From the NCBI RefSeq assembly GCF_009914755.1, contig NC_060932.1: 64,000 bases of DNA. The stretch is one strand, 5' to 3'. The notes below the pieces were generated by a model. That model saw only the letters and a list, made by a program, of their open reading frames with translations, was not told the origin of the DNA and did not search any database. Shown one piece after another: positions 50,996-64,000 of this stretch (its first letter is position 1; every line of letters starts with the position of its first letter). Source of the DNA: the human T2T-CHM13v2.0 reference genome, Homo sapiens. A program made the translations under genes and the position numbers.

Positions 50996-53900
50996 TTCTA
51001 AGAATTATTGTCTGTCTTCTGATTAAGATTTATTTTTGGTTAGAGTAAGCCATATATTTAAGGCTGCATTCTGATAAACTGGAAGCTGTTAAGTATATAC
51101 AACTATATTAAATCTTGTACAATTTAGCCTTATTTTCTTCTTTGAAAAGAAGAAAAAAAATCATAGTTGATTGCCTCTTGCTGCTTCACAGATGTCAGGT
51201 TACGTCTTTGTATTGATAATTCATTAATTTCATGGAATGCATAAGTCAATTCAGAGCAAAACTATTGTTAAAAATTTATTATTCTGAAGTCAAGCACTCC
51301 AGTTTGCATAGGTGTGTGTGTCTATGTGTACAGCTCTTCCTTTTTATGAAAGTGTTTATTCTGCAATTATTATGTGTAGGCATTCTCTTATTCCCTATAA
51401 ATACATAAAAGCTTTTTACTCTTTTTGTGTTCTCATTCTAATGATAGAAGATAAAAAATAAATTAACAAACTATCTAAACTAGATTAGAAGAAAATGAAT
51501 TTGGAATATGTTCTAAAAGTGTTGAAAAACAACTTTCAAAATAAAAATTAAACTGGTCTCATTTTGAGGGAGAAGCTGTAGACCCCCAGTTCAAGCCACG
51601 ATTTAGCAAACTTAACAGTGAATGACTTTCAATACACAACTTGTTTTTGGCATAAACCTCTTAACATTGAACTGAAACTCAATGATGTGACATTATTAGA
51701 CACAAAGGCAACAGCATTATTTTTGTGTTTCATCCCAGTGACTGGTACTCCTGGAGAAGGGAGTGATACGTGCCCACTTAGAACTGAATCACCTTTTGTC
51801 AAGCTAGGGAGGAAAGCACTGGTGTAGCCAGGAGTTCCTCTGGGCAGACGTCATTTCGGTTCTCTAATTTAATAGGGTGCAAATAGATCCTAAAATTAAA
51901 AAACCAGTCCTCTGTTTATTTCTTCTGTTTTGGAAGCAGTCAATAAGCTCTACAAAACATGAGCTCTGTGCTGTGTTTCCAATGTCAGCTGCCCCTGTGG
52001 CCAACTTTTGCTTGCTATGAAAGGATTCCATTGACTTTTACCAACCAAAAACACAGAAGACTGACTATCCAGGAACCCCACTTTATTTTCAGTTATGGCT
52101 CTTCTGTTTCCATATTTAAAAACAAAAAGTCTTTCTTCTCTCTGGTTTTCCAGTTTCACAAGGTCTTCAATTTTACTAACAATAGTGTGTCTGTATAGTA
52201 TTTAAAGCCAAAGGAAGCCCCAATTCCTTATATGAATATATGTACATACAGCCTTTCCCTCTTCTCCTTGCCTTCCCATCCCCCAAACTTATGCATACAA
52301 ATCACGTCATTCCTGAAATATGATCTCTCCAGGGTGGAGTACATTGGATGCTGAAACAGCATATAACATTGGCTAATATGACGGACTTCATATAGGGCTG
52401 CTGAAAGGCCGGCGGGCAAGGGAGAAACAAACATTTTTTTAAAAAGAAAAACAAACGCCTATTGGAAATAAAACAAGCTAGGGAACTAAAGGGAAATATA
52501 TATTTTCCAGTCCAGAATTCAGAGAGAAAATTATTAGCTAAGATTTGAAAAAAACAACGCAAGAAGAAATTGTCTCATTGTTTGACATAAATCACATAAC
52601 AAGTGTACCTTTATCAACGTGACAGGCAATGTAAAATTTGGAGAAAATATATTTTGTCAAGAACTATTTACTGAAAGATTAAGCTGATGGATAGTATGTC
52701 CTTGGCTTCTAGAGTAGTTGAATTCGATTCTAATTAGAATTTTTAAAATATGAAAGAAAACCATTAGTAAGAGAGATTATAAAAATCAACAAAATTGTTT
52801 AAATGCTAGTAGAAAATCATACTGGATTCCTAATTATAACATTGATCTTGGATTCTTGTGGTGAAGGCATTAAAATAGATACAGGGACTGCTGTCAATTT
52901 TACAAATAAAAGTTCTTAGTCAGGGCCCAACATAGAGACATAGACACACAAACACACACACAAACACAACACTGGCGGATACAAGTGTTGGGTATCCACC
53001 AAACACTGTCATTAAAAAGTGACAAAGCCACAATGAAAGATCACTCCTGTATACTTCCATGCTCAACAATAACAAAATAAAATGCACCCCCCTACAAAAA
53101 GACAAATGTGGAAATGGAATTTAGATTTATCTTCCTTACATACAACTCCAGTTACATCCACAGGCTTTGTCAAAAAACATAAATGACTGCTTAGTGTGTA
53201 TGAAATTGAATTAAAACTTTTTGACCCAGCATTTATGGTTCCTTATATTATAAAATAATAAGAAAAAAAATCTTATGCTGTTTGCTAGTAAAACCAATCA
53301 CAACATTTCTACTCACTATTCTACTCACTTTCTACTCATTTTGTTTATAGTTAGTTGCTCTGTTTCATAATTTACTTTTGCTCTTGGTATCTATTTTATT
53401 ATAGCTTCAGCTAATACTTTTTAGCATTTTACAATTTAACAGAAAGTCACAAGCCTATGGCACCTTAGTTCTTTACATGTATGCCAGGCCTTAGAGGACA
53501 TTAAGCTCCACTCCATTATAAGTGACTAAGGTCCAAAGAGACTAAACACATTTTCCAAGTTCACACAGTAAGTTCTGGCAACAGAATAAGGACTAAACTC
53601 AGATTTTCTCTCTCTTTATTCTGGGCTTATTGGCATCCACACTTAATATGGCCGGTTATTATTTTCTTTTGTCAAATGTTTGTTACAAACCAAAACAACA
53701 TGAGGACCTAACAAATTCATAGGTAGATATGTTAAGATTTATTAAGCATTACATTGAAAAATGTAATGTACACATATGTGTTTTCATATGAATATTTATA
53801 TTCTCTGAACTGGTATAAAGAATAATTTTATGCACTTGATAAATATAATGAGGCTTTTTTCTTCTTTAGACTCTTCTGTATTTTTGACATTTTCTGTCTT

Positions 53901-54909
53901 TATTAAAAGACAGAACATTAAAAATGATTTATATTTTTCTATAATATGGGAGAAATAGCAAACAGAAACATTAAATCTTAGTTTGCTGATGAAAAAAATT
54001 TATTTTTAGACATTCTATTTGGTGTGGATCGTTTCAAAATCTGTGTATTCTCGGCTTTGCGTCTTGCAGGGACCTTAACAGTAAGCCAACCAAAATAGAA
54101 GAAATAATCTGTTTTCCTAGCACAAGAGGAGATACATATGGTGTAGGATTGACTCCCATTGAAGTGGTAAGAAGTCCGACTCATAATATGCATGGGACTG
54201 TAGGAAACTCCCATTTGAACAGGGCTGAGATTGATAGACACTGGTTCCTAATTTTGTTTAAGGTAGCAGGAGTTCTGAGCTGCAGTAATACTAATAACTA
54301 CACATTTGACACAGTCCTGACTCCAGGCAAGTCTCTTTGAGTGAAAGTGGTATCCAAACCAGTGATTTGTAGGACAGGCAGGCAATAGGATAATGCATCC
54401 TAAGAGAGGGAGGGGGAGGGGGAGAGTGAAATGATAGAGGATACAGAGATGATGAGCACTGCTCAGTGCAAACCATGGATTTAGGGCAGGCCTCCAACTC
54501 CAGAAGGTGGCACAATCTCAAGGTTCAGACAAACATTTCGAGGTGTGGGGGAAAGGTAATGGGAAAACAGGTATGGAGGACTGCAAAACTGGAAGTTAAA
54601 ACAAGACCAAGGAGCCACAGCAACCTCACCAGATGGTAGATCTCAGTGCCACACTTTACCTGTTAGAGAGAGCATGCAGGTCATTTTGCACTGATATGCT
54701 GAATTATTTTGGTTCATGTTCTGAGCAGAGCTTTTGCCTGCAGGTTGAAGAATTTCATTTCTTGTAGTCTCACCAAAATGAGGAGGTAGAGACTTACAGA
54801 TGTATATGAGATTGTTTCCTAAATGCAAACGCAGGCTAACCAGTGACTAAGTAGATATTTTTTTTCACTACATATAAAAGTAGACATTTGAAAGGAAAGA
54901 GCTTTCTTA

Positions 54910-55320
<411 letters not shown>

Positions 55321-55381
55321 TTAGGCAAAGTTGTTCCTGTTTGAAGCTCTAAAAGAAACAGTTCCTAAAAGTATTTTTTAA

Positions 55382-56170
55382 TTTAATTTATTTTTTATTA
55401 TACTTTAAGTTTTAGGGTACATGTGCACAACATGCAGGTTTGTTACATATGCATACATGTGCCATGTTGGTGTGCTGCACCCATTAACTCGTCACTTAAC
55501 ATTAGGTATATCTCCTAATGCTATCCCTCCCCGCTCCCCCCACCCCACAACAGGCCCCAGTGTGTGATGTTCCCCTTCCTGTGTCCATGTGTTCTCATTG
55601 TTCAATTCCCACCTATGTGTAAGAACATGCGGTGTTTGGTTTTTTGTCCTTGCGATAGTTTGCTGAGACATTTATGCAGCCAAAAGACACATGAAAAAAT
55701 GCTCATCATCACTGGCCATCAGAGAAATGCAAATCAAAACCACAATGAGATACCATCTCACACCAGTTAGAATGGCGATCTTTAAAAAGTCAGGAAACAA
55801 CAGGTGCTGGAGAGGATGTGGAGAAATAGGAACACTTTTACATTGTTGGTGGGACTGTAAACTAGTTCAACCATTGTGGAAGTCAGTGTGGCGATTTCTC
55901 AGGGATCTAGAACTAGAAATACCATTTGACTCAGCCATCCCATTACTGGGTATATACCCAAAGGATTAGAAATCACGCTGCTATAAAGACACATGCACAT
56001 GTATGTTTATTGCGGCACTATTCACAATAGCAAAGACTTGGAACCAACCCAAATGTCCAGCAATGATAGACTGGATTAAGAAAATGTGGCACATATACAC
56101 CATGGAATACTATGCAGCCATAAAAAATGATGAGTTCATGTCCTTTGTAGGGACATGGATGAAGCTGGAA
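55382..56170 (-). mobile_element. L1PA4/5-like insertion with 5' inversion (twin priming)
   Basis: Antisense 3' end at 55382-55668 joined to a sense ORF2 segment at 55669-56170. Direct repeat tcctaaaagtattttttaa at 55363-55381 and 56171-56189. Confidence 0.93.
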
Positions 56171-57029
56171 TCCTAAAAGTATTTTTTAACTTAGAAAAAA
56201 TATTTCAATCTGAGGTGTGTTTAAGTGAGATCATATTGAATGTGATATCATAAGCAAGGTTAAAATAGTTAACATTTGTAATATCCTAACATTTATTATA
56301 CTCATTTGTGGATATTAACTTATTCAATCTTGGCAAATATATGGTGAGGTAATTATTCGTGTCATTGCTTCACAAGCAAGGAAAATGATATTTAAAGAGG
56401 TTTATCAAGATTATACGGTCAGTTTATCTCGCATTTTGAACTTCATTCACATTCTCCTGTCTCTAAATAACAATTTAACAATAGCAACAAAAATCAGTCT
56501 TTCTACATGTACAACTTGTCTTGCTAACATCTTTTCTGTTCCAGATAGAATCCTCCATTAAAAACATCAATAGATAAAAGCATTTTTAAGTAAATACAAG
56601 TATATTTCCATCTTTGCTTAGTTTCTAAAACTTGAACATGTTATTGAAGGAAGACAAATTTAACCCGAATGTGCTCAAACTTCACAAAATTGTAGGTACA
56701 AATAAGCCTCTATGAACAAATTTTCCTTGTTTATTATCCCTTCAGTTTACCAAGCATTCTAAGCCATTAATCCCCATCCCCACATTTCTGAGGTGTCCCA
56801 GAAATATACTCATGAGCAAAGGCCTGCATATTTGGTGAAGCTATGCTCTCCTCTGCGCAGAAGCCATTCTGTACTCTGCACAGAAATGAGGACAGTTATT
56901 GTTCTCCCGTCCTCATTATTCTCTGGCTAGGCTCAACCTAGGTCACCCTGCTATACATTTTTATAATAGCATGTTTTGTACTTTTGTAAATTTGAGATAC
57001 AGTCTTAACTCCAACCTAGCAACAAAGAA

Positions 57030-57240
57030 AAAGTGTATGGTGAAAAAGAATGTTACACTGGAAATCAGAGCATTCAGGTAAATTAGCCATATTTTCCCTA
57101 TGAGATCTTAAGCAGGGTCTTTTATCTCTTTGAGCCTCAATTTCTTCCTCTTTAAAACTGCAGTATTAATACTGCCAATAACAAGGGGTGATCCTGGGAT
57201 TCAAAAGAGAATGTATATGGAAGAACTATACACTTTAATG
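57030..57240 (+). mobile_element. MIR
   Basis: cttaagcagggtcttttatctctttgagcctcaatttcttcctctttaaaactg. Confidence 0.7.
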
Positions 57241-57804
57241 TAGATTTATTGCATTAGATGGGGCCTTTGGGATCCAAGGGATAGAATACATGTTCTTCTA
57301 ACTGAAACAAAACAGAATATGCATGGGAAGCCCGGGCGTGGCACACCTGGGTCTGATGCTTGCATTTGCCTCTCCTGTTGGCTGTGTTCTCTCCTGCTTC
57401 ACAAATGCTCTCCCCACATGGAGGACAAGGTAGTGGCTTGGAAAATTAAGCTGACAGGCTTAGTCTGAGATCTAAAAGGAAGAAACAGCCTTTCTCACCC
57501 CCCATCTATGTGGCACATTTCAAGAAAAGGTTCTGATCAGCTGTAATTGAGTTATGTGTCCAATTCTTTGAATGACTTCTATACATGAATTGAGACACAT
57601 GGCTATGGTTTAGAGAGTGCATCCCAGGATCACATGGGATGAGGGAGGGGCAGTTCTGCTCTGGAAAGAGGGAGTACTAGGCAGAGTGGAGAGAGTTGTT
57701 CATTATAATCTTTTGCATCCCCAAAGACTCAGCTTAAAATCCACATCCACTTCATACTTTTTCCTTATGTTTTTAGCCCTCCTAATTATCTTTCCCCACT
57801 GATG

Positions 57805-58120
57805 TCATCCAAACATTTATTGAGCTTCTACTCACTGGCTGGTGGTGCCACATACTGGGAAAACAAAGATAAAAATACATGGCCCTCAATAGCTCACTGC
57901 CTAGCTGGAGAAACAGTGATGACACAGTGTGACCCCCTGAGGCTAGACATAGGCATAGAGTGCAATAAAATACCAACCAGAGCAGTATGGGGCTAGGGAG
58001 ATGGAGGTGGGGCTGACTGGGGCATGCTTCTCATAGGAGCTTATGTGTAAAATGGATCTTAGAAGATAAATACAAGTCAGCCAAGCAAAGATGGCAAGAA
58101 AGAACATTATTGTACGGTCT
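57805..58120 (-). mobile_element. L2 3' end
   Basis: tcatccaaacatttattgagcttctact...ctgggaaaacaaagataaaaatacatggccc. Confidence 0.7.
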
Positions 58121-61100
58121 AAAATTACAGACCATCTTGTGTGTTTCTTGATACATATTTTAGGCTTCTCTCTTCTATTTTGATCATAAGTTTCTTGATA
58201 GTGATCACGTCTTAATTCTTCTATACTGTTGACAACGCTTACACAATACTAACCACGTTATTGACTCTCACTGTCTAATATGTTTCGTGTTGGCAATTAT
58301 TTATTTTTATCACTGGCCATCTGGAACATTTTTCCCCCTTAGGAAAATGAGCTAATCATCAATAGTAATGGAATGGCTTATGAAACGGTGTCAGTTTCCC
58401 CTGAGAGCTTTTTAGATTTCACCAGCTTTTCACTGTTTTCACCCAAGGATTCTTAATACTACTCTAGTAGTGCCATTTTAGCCAATTTAAGAATCTACAG
58501 CCATTCATACATGACACCTCCAAAGCTATGCCCCTTCTAAACCACCCCTTAAACTGAAAAATAAAATCTGACTTTTGCCAACTTCTTTGGTCAAACTTTT
58601 GTTCAGAAAAATATATTAACTTAGGAAAATAACCTCATGTAGCTATGCCATGCCAGCAAAAATATCACCATGTCCAGAAAATACACTGGTGGGTGGCTTG
58701 ATTTGCCTAGAACACATAATTAAGTGTTTTTCTCCCTCCCTGAATGACATTTTCACATTGGTTGCTGGTTATATATGTGCCTCCAAAATCAGTAATCTCC
58801 AATTTACCTCATGTGCAAGACTTACAAGCCGGAAAACAATACTGACTTTGAGTGAACCCAGGGTCAATTATTTTGCTCTGAACCTGTTTATCTACCTACA
58901 TATGAAATGAGTGATCATGAATATATGCATCTATAGGCTAACCAGAATATTTATTCTTAATAGATTGGATATTAGGAGTATTTTTATATTTAAATATGTC
59001 AATCAACTCAACACCACAAGTGGTTGGGAGAATACAGATATGTTCTCTGTGAGTGTGAGGTAATCCCCACTTTTCTTTGGATTTTTGGATATGAGAATGG
59101 AATGAGCAATAGTGACACACCATCTCTGGAAACGACCTGGCAATGTTTGAATTTTCCAGGCCTGCTTTATTACCAATTACACTTCTAATCCTATGAAGTT
59201 TATTGTATGTATTTAGTTTTCATACAAAGAAATATGGACACAATCATAGTCATTGACTCCAAGAAGTCAGTGGTAGGAATCTTTCTCTTAAATCCTCATT
59301 CAGTTCAGTTGCATTAGAGATCTTTTTGGAAATGTGAAACAGCATTTCTTTTAAACTTACATACTTCTCTTCTTTGGAGCAGGTAGGTGGTCCAGTGGTG
59401 TTTACTTGGCTGGGGTGTAGGGATAGAGTGACATTGACCTTTTGAATATGAGCACAAGCTGAAAATATAAACGGACGTGTCCTTAATAAGAAAATGTGTA
59501 GTCTACATGACTCTGGAATCCAAAACAGGACAAGCAAAGAGACAAGTTCTGAAGCAAGAGGACAGCCTCTGATTCAGGACAAAACCGAGTGAAATGCACT
59601 GGACAGACAGGCTTTTTTTTTTTTCTTGGGTTGCCTGGGGTGCATCTCTGAATCGGGAGGATGTTATTAAGAACAGTTTAGTAGTACAGAACTTGTTTCA
59701 TGAATTGAGTGGGGTCATATTTCCTCAGATTGGTGAATTCTAATACACTTGGCATCATTCTCAAGACAGGAAGCCTGTTACCACAACTGCTGCTCTGGGC
59801 CAGGCCCTTCCCAGTGGGATAGGCAATATGTTAGCAACAGAACGAGAGAATGTTTTACAGAGGTTCCCTCAGTTTGACCTTCCAGAAAGATGACTAGCAT
59901 TCAGAGGAAAGAGTATGGTCTCAGGAGGCTAAGAGCAAGACGAAGAGTTAAAATATCTAGCGGATTTTCTTGGATAGAGGCTTTGGAAGCAAGAAAACTG
60001 TGGGAGAATGGCCTCCATCACAATGAAAACACCTGGGAGGTCATTCCCCTCTTCCCGTTGGTTGAATTACACATGCAACACAAAGAAAAGTTAGAGGGTA
60101 CCTTCCACCTACATGTCTTCCAATGGGTCTTATGCCAACAAATGTGCTTATTATGTGGCATTTGCCCCTCCCTGCTAATTTTCCAAAAATAATTCGGAGT
60201 GACCTACATTTTCCTTGGTTTTTGACTAGCTGCCAATGTTTTAGGGCTCCTGGAGAAGTAGCATAGGTTAGAAGCTATTAGTGCTATTAAGCAGGGATTT
60301 TTTGATGGAGAAGGCGAGTGAGACAAGGCTAGAAAAGTGAAAAGGTCTTTCCACTGATAGGAAAGATGTTGTTTTAGCACAGTGATGGAGTTCTCTGTTT
60401 TGACATCTTTTCATGGATGATGAGCAGTGGAAACTGGACATAGATTTGAAGGATATGAAGTTTTTCCAAATCCAGGAGTCTATCAGGATCTGTGGTTGGG
60501 GGACTAATTAATCTAGGAGTGGTTAGTGTCCCAAATAGAGACTGTTTGAGTTTATAGTAGTCATCTCAGAAGGAGTGGCTCACGAATCTCCACTTAAGTT
60601 TGTGACTTGGCTTGAAGCTTGGAAAGAAAATGTGCCTACTTTGGGAGCATTCAGGCAATGGGATCTTGGAACCAATTTAATTGCAACTTTCCTCACACAA
60701 ATATATAACTGTTCTTTGCACATAAATATGTCTTGAATTTTATCAAAATTAAATAGAAATCTAGACATTCTAATCTAAACCCTATGTTTGTTCCAACACT
60801 GAACCTAGTCTCAAAAGATAATTTTAATCACTTTTTATTCATCTCTTATATTTACTTGCCTATGCTGCTCTTTGTAAATTGCCCTAATTCCCTCTTGTTA
60901 TCTCACAGCAGAGTGAGATGTCAGCAAACAATGTTGGGCTTATTTCTTTCAGCATATTGACCCCAAGATAAAAAGAGCCCTCCCTGCTATTTCTAGTAGA
61001 AAAGTTCTCAGGGGATCAAGAGTTGGGTAGACTTGTAGTCAATGACCATTTCTGAGCTGGGCTACTCTAGCTGGCCAGATTAGGTAACTAGGCCATTCTT

Positions 61101-62225
61101 ATGGCTGCTGGGAGATGGAAGGCATATTACCATGATTGACAGCTCCACCTAAACCTCATGGAATGTGGGAGCAGTTCTCCAAAAGAAAGGTCTTACTTTT
61201 TCTAAGAGAAGCAGAATGATGGGAAATCTTGGGTGGATACAATAGCTGCCATAGTCCACTTCACAAGGGTTATCTCTTAAAATTGGGAAATTTATATTTA
61301 GAATAAAGTAAAGGAAATTCAGGTGTTCTCTTTACGCAAAATTATAATATAAACAATTTTACTGCTGTTTATTTCATCAGAGCCATTATACACAATTGGT
61401 AATCAGTACTTTTCAAGACAATTTAAATTGGACTAGAAAGAAAGTGGATAAGCCCAAAATTGAGCAAAAATTACAGGATGATGAAAAAAGTTAATGAAAA
61501 TGAGGGAAAGTAAACTAAGGCTTTGCATTCTTACCATATTAAGACTCAAAATCTGGTACATCAAACAGTAGAGTAAAAGAGATGGAAATGGGAGATAAAG
61601 GCTAGCAGACAGCAATATTATGATTGCAGGAGGAAAGAGTCAACAATTCAGAGATCAGAGTCGCCCTAGCTCAAGCCCTGATTGTCTTTCAATTGTTAAT
61701 GGAAATAGAGTTCCAGTCTCCTTGCCTTCACTTTGTCCTCCATCCAATCAATTTGTCACTCTTACCATTGCCATCTCTCAAATACAAATTTATGATCATT
61801 ATAACACCTCCAAAGGACGCAGAATGGAAATATTAGCCGTAATGAGAAATATCAAAGTGGTTTGAGCTACAGAATGAGTTTGAGGGGCAGAGGAGTGATG
61901 TAAAATCGCTGAAGATAGAACGTGATATTGAGATGATTGGAGTGAGACAAGTCTTTCTAAGGCAAATTGGCGGCATTGGGCGGCCCACAGAAGGCTGTAT
62001 GCCCCAATAATGAAATAAAGTTACCAATGGGGAATATTGAAATGACTATATCGAAGAAGTTTGTAAGCAGGTATTGGGTATTATAGTTTCATGGCAAAGT
62101 AAACATTATGTAATTAATGTCTGAAGCAGGGTTCATAATCCATAGAGGTTCATGGAGAGATGTGGAGAAGCCCATAAAAATGGTATATAGAATTTAATGT
62201 GTATGTGGTCCCAAACTTTTACCAG

Positions 62226-62536
62226 TTTTTTTTTTCTTTTTTCTTTTCTTTTTTTTTTTTTGAGACGGAGTCTCGCTCTGTCACCCAGGCTGGAGTGCAG
62301 TAGCACGATCTCAGCTGACTGTAAGCTCCGCCTCCCAGTTTCACGCCATTCTCCTGCCTCAGCCTCCCCAGTAGCCGGGCGCACGCCACCACGCCCGGCT
62401 AATTTCTTTTTGTATTTTTAGTAGAGACGGGGTTTCACTGTGTTAGCCAGGATGGTCTCGATCTTCCGACCTTGTGATCCACTCGCCTCAGCCTCCCAAA
62501 GTGCTGGGATTACAGGCATGAGTCACCGCGCACAGC
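62226..62536 (-). mobile_element. AluY-like with a small internal deletion
   Basis: Poly-T, gagacggagtctcgctctgtc, gttagccaggatggtctcgatct. Flanks actttta(ta)ccag are a probable TSD. Confidence 0.93.
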
Positions 62537-63039
62537 TACTTTTATACCAGTTTTTTAATGCTGTATATAACCCCCCACGGAAATGCTCACACTGAAAACA
62601 AATTTTTTATTCTATTTGCTCTTAATGTATAGAATGTATTTAAGTTAGGAAATATTTTTAAGAAGAGCCATTCAAATTACAGACATAATACTTGTTCAAT
62701 GTTTATATATAATTTATACTTTTAGCCTAATTAGATTAAATTTTTGAAATTTCATATTTCAGTTTGAGTGACAATAGCAATTTTATATCATGTTTTTTCT
62801 ACTTTATATTTTATTTTGTTCTCTAATTTTGACTTGTTTGGAAAAAATAAACATTTTTATACAATGCATAATTAATCTTTCTATTTGGAAGTTTTTATAT
62901 TTAAATTTATTCTTTCATGTATCTTAAAAACATTCTAGAAAACATACTTTTTTTATGATAATAAGATAGTGCAGCAAAATCTGTAGTTTTTTAACCTTAA
63001 ATTTGTTCACACTGCTAGGCGCCTTTTAACGGCAGGAAT

Positions 63040-63140
63040 AATAAATTCATCTTTGTGCTTTCACACTGCAGTGGCTAGCACAATGGTTGGTATGTAGTAG
63101 CTGTTTCAGTAAATATTTGTTGAACTGAATTGAAATGAAT
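63040..63140 (+). mobile_element. L2 3' end
   Basis: ctagcacaatggttggtatgtagtag...gtaaatatttgttgaactgaattgaa. Confidence 0.65.
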
Positions 63141-64000
63141 CAAGTTGTAAATATTTTCTGGTCACATGAGTAAAATTAAGTAATATACAATTTTTCTTGG
63201 CTGAGTTTAGGAGCTATTCTGACACTAATAATTAAACATTTGCCTTTGGACCAAATTTTGAAATATGAGTTGAGATCACTAACCACATATAACCTGTTTC
63301 TTTCTGGAATAGATGAAGAAAAATTTTAACTCCTTGTGAATTCATTTTTGGAAAAGAAATATGTGCATATAATAAATATAGAGAAAGCAGTATTTTATGT
63401 TCTTTGAAACGTTCAGTTCCTATTTAAAATGTTGGATATTAAAAACTGTCAGAATTTACTCACCCTAATGCAACAACATGAAGCACTATCTGGAAAACAC
63501 ATGCATTCTTAAAATTAAAATGCTGTACTTGACAGTGGATCAAAGATAATTCTATAGACTCGACCCTAATGAGAGTAAAACAATCCTCCAGAGCATTCTG
63601 TCTCATTTGTTTGAATTCCATATTCAATAAGTAACCCTATGTTTACTCATTTTGTTTCTTAGGCACTTAGTTGGTGCTTGAAAGGGCTATCTTTTTTACA
63701 GAAATAAATGTCCCAATGGCTAGTATGGCATTATAAATTAGAAAATTAAAATTTGTTCATTAGTTTACTACTAGAATATTATACAGATTTATATAAATCT
63801 GATCATCTGTGTTGTATAATTTTGGAAAAAAGAAATCTATAAAGCTGAAGATCAGCTCCTAGACCAGAGTTAATCCCCCAAGACAAAATTACTAGAAGAA
63901 ACAGAATTTGTAGACATTAATGTCCTCTCTTGATATTTCTGAGTTATATTGTTTTTCTTATAGGATGATTTCTACCTAAATTTGAAAGTTAAAAAAGATG

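Noticed and set aside
53307-53341. Three copies of ttctactca(c/t)t
   Set aside because: Short slippage repeat with no spacers or associated features.
54407-54423. G-rich run as a G4
   Set aside because: Only three separate G-runs; does not meet the canonical four-tract pattern.
57617-62027. Scattered 60-100 aa ORFs in unique or old-repeat DNA
   Set aside because: Lengths expected by chance, many non-ATG starts, no recognisable domains and no consistent splice structure.

Overview
AT-rich primate genomic DNA, almost certainly human; a great-ape orthologue cannot be excluded from sequence alone. The first ~10 kb hold the last three coding exons and 3' UTR of CRISPLD1 on the + strand. The spliced translation [86 protein letters not shown] is the second LCCL domain and C-terminus. 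The remaining ~54 kb is repeat-dense intergenic DNA. Its main elements are a two-LTR, TSD-flanked HERV-K(HML-3)/HERVK9 provirus with MER9 LTRs (19564-25620), a MER41B-type solo LTR, a ~5.3 kb old L1PA, three young L1PA 3' fragments (one twin-primed), about nine Alus, and many L2/MIR/L1M/MLT1/hAT relics. I found no prokaryotic-type system, no CRISPR array and no intact novel gene. The most interesting observations are: frame-preserving deletions in the provirus, including a gag-dUTPase/protease fusion; a palindrome present only in the 5' LTR that creates a p53-like site; one intact GAS motif in the MER41B LTR; an unexplained polyadenylated insert inside the old L1; and three adjacent palindromes in a CRISPLD1 intron. 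Repeat family names come from my recall of consensus sequences, not from a database search, and boundaries of old repeats are approximate.
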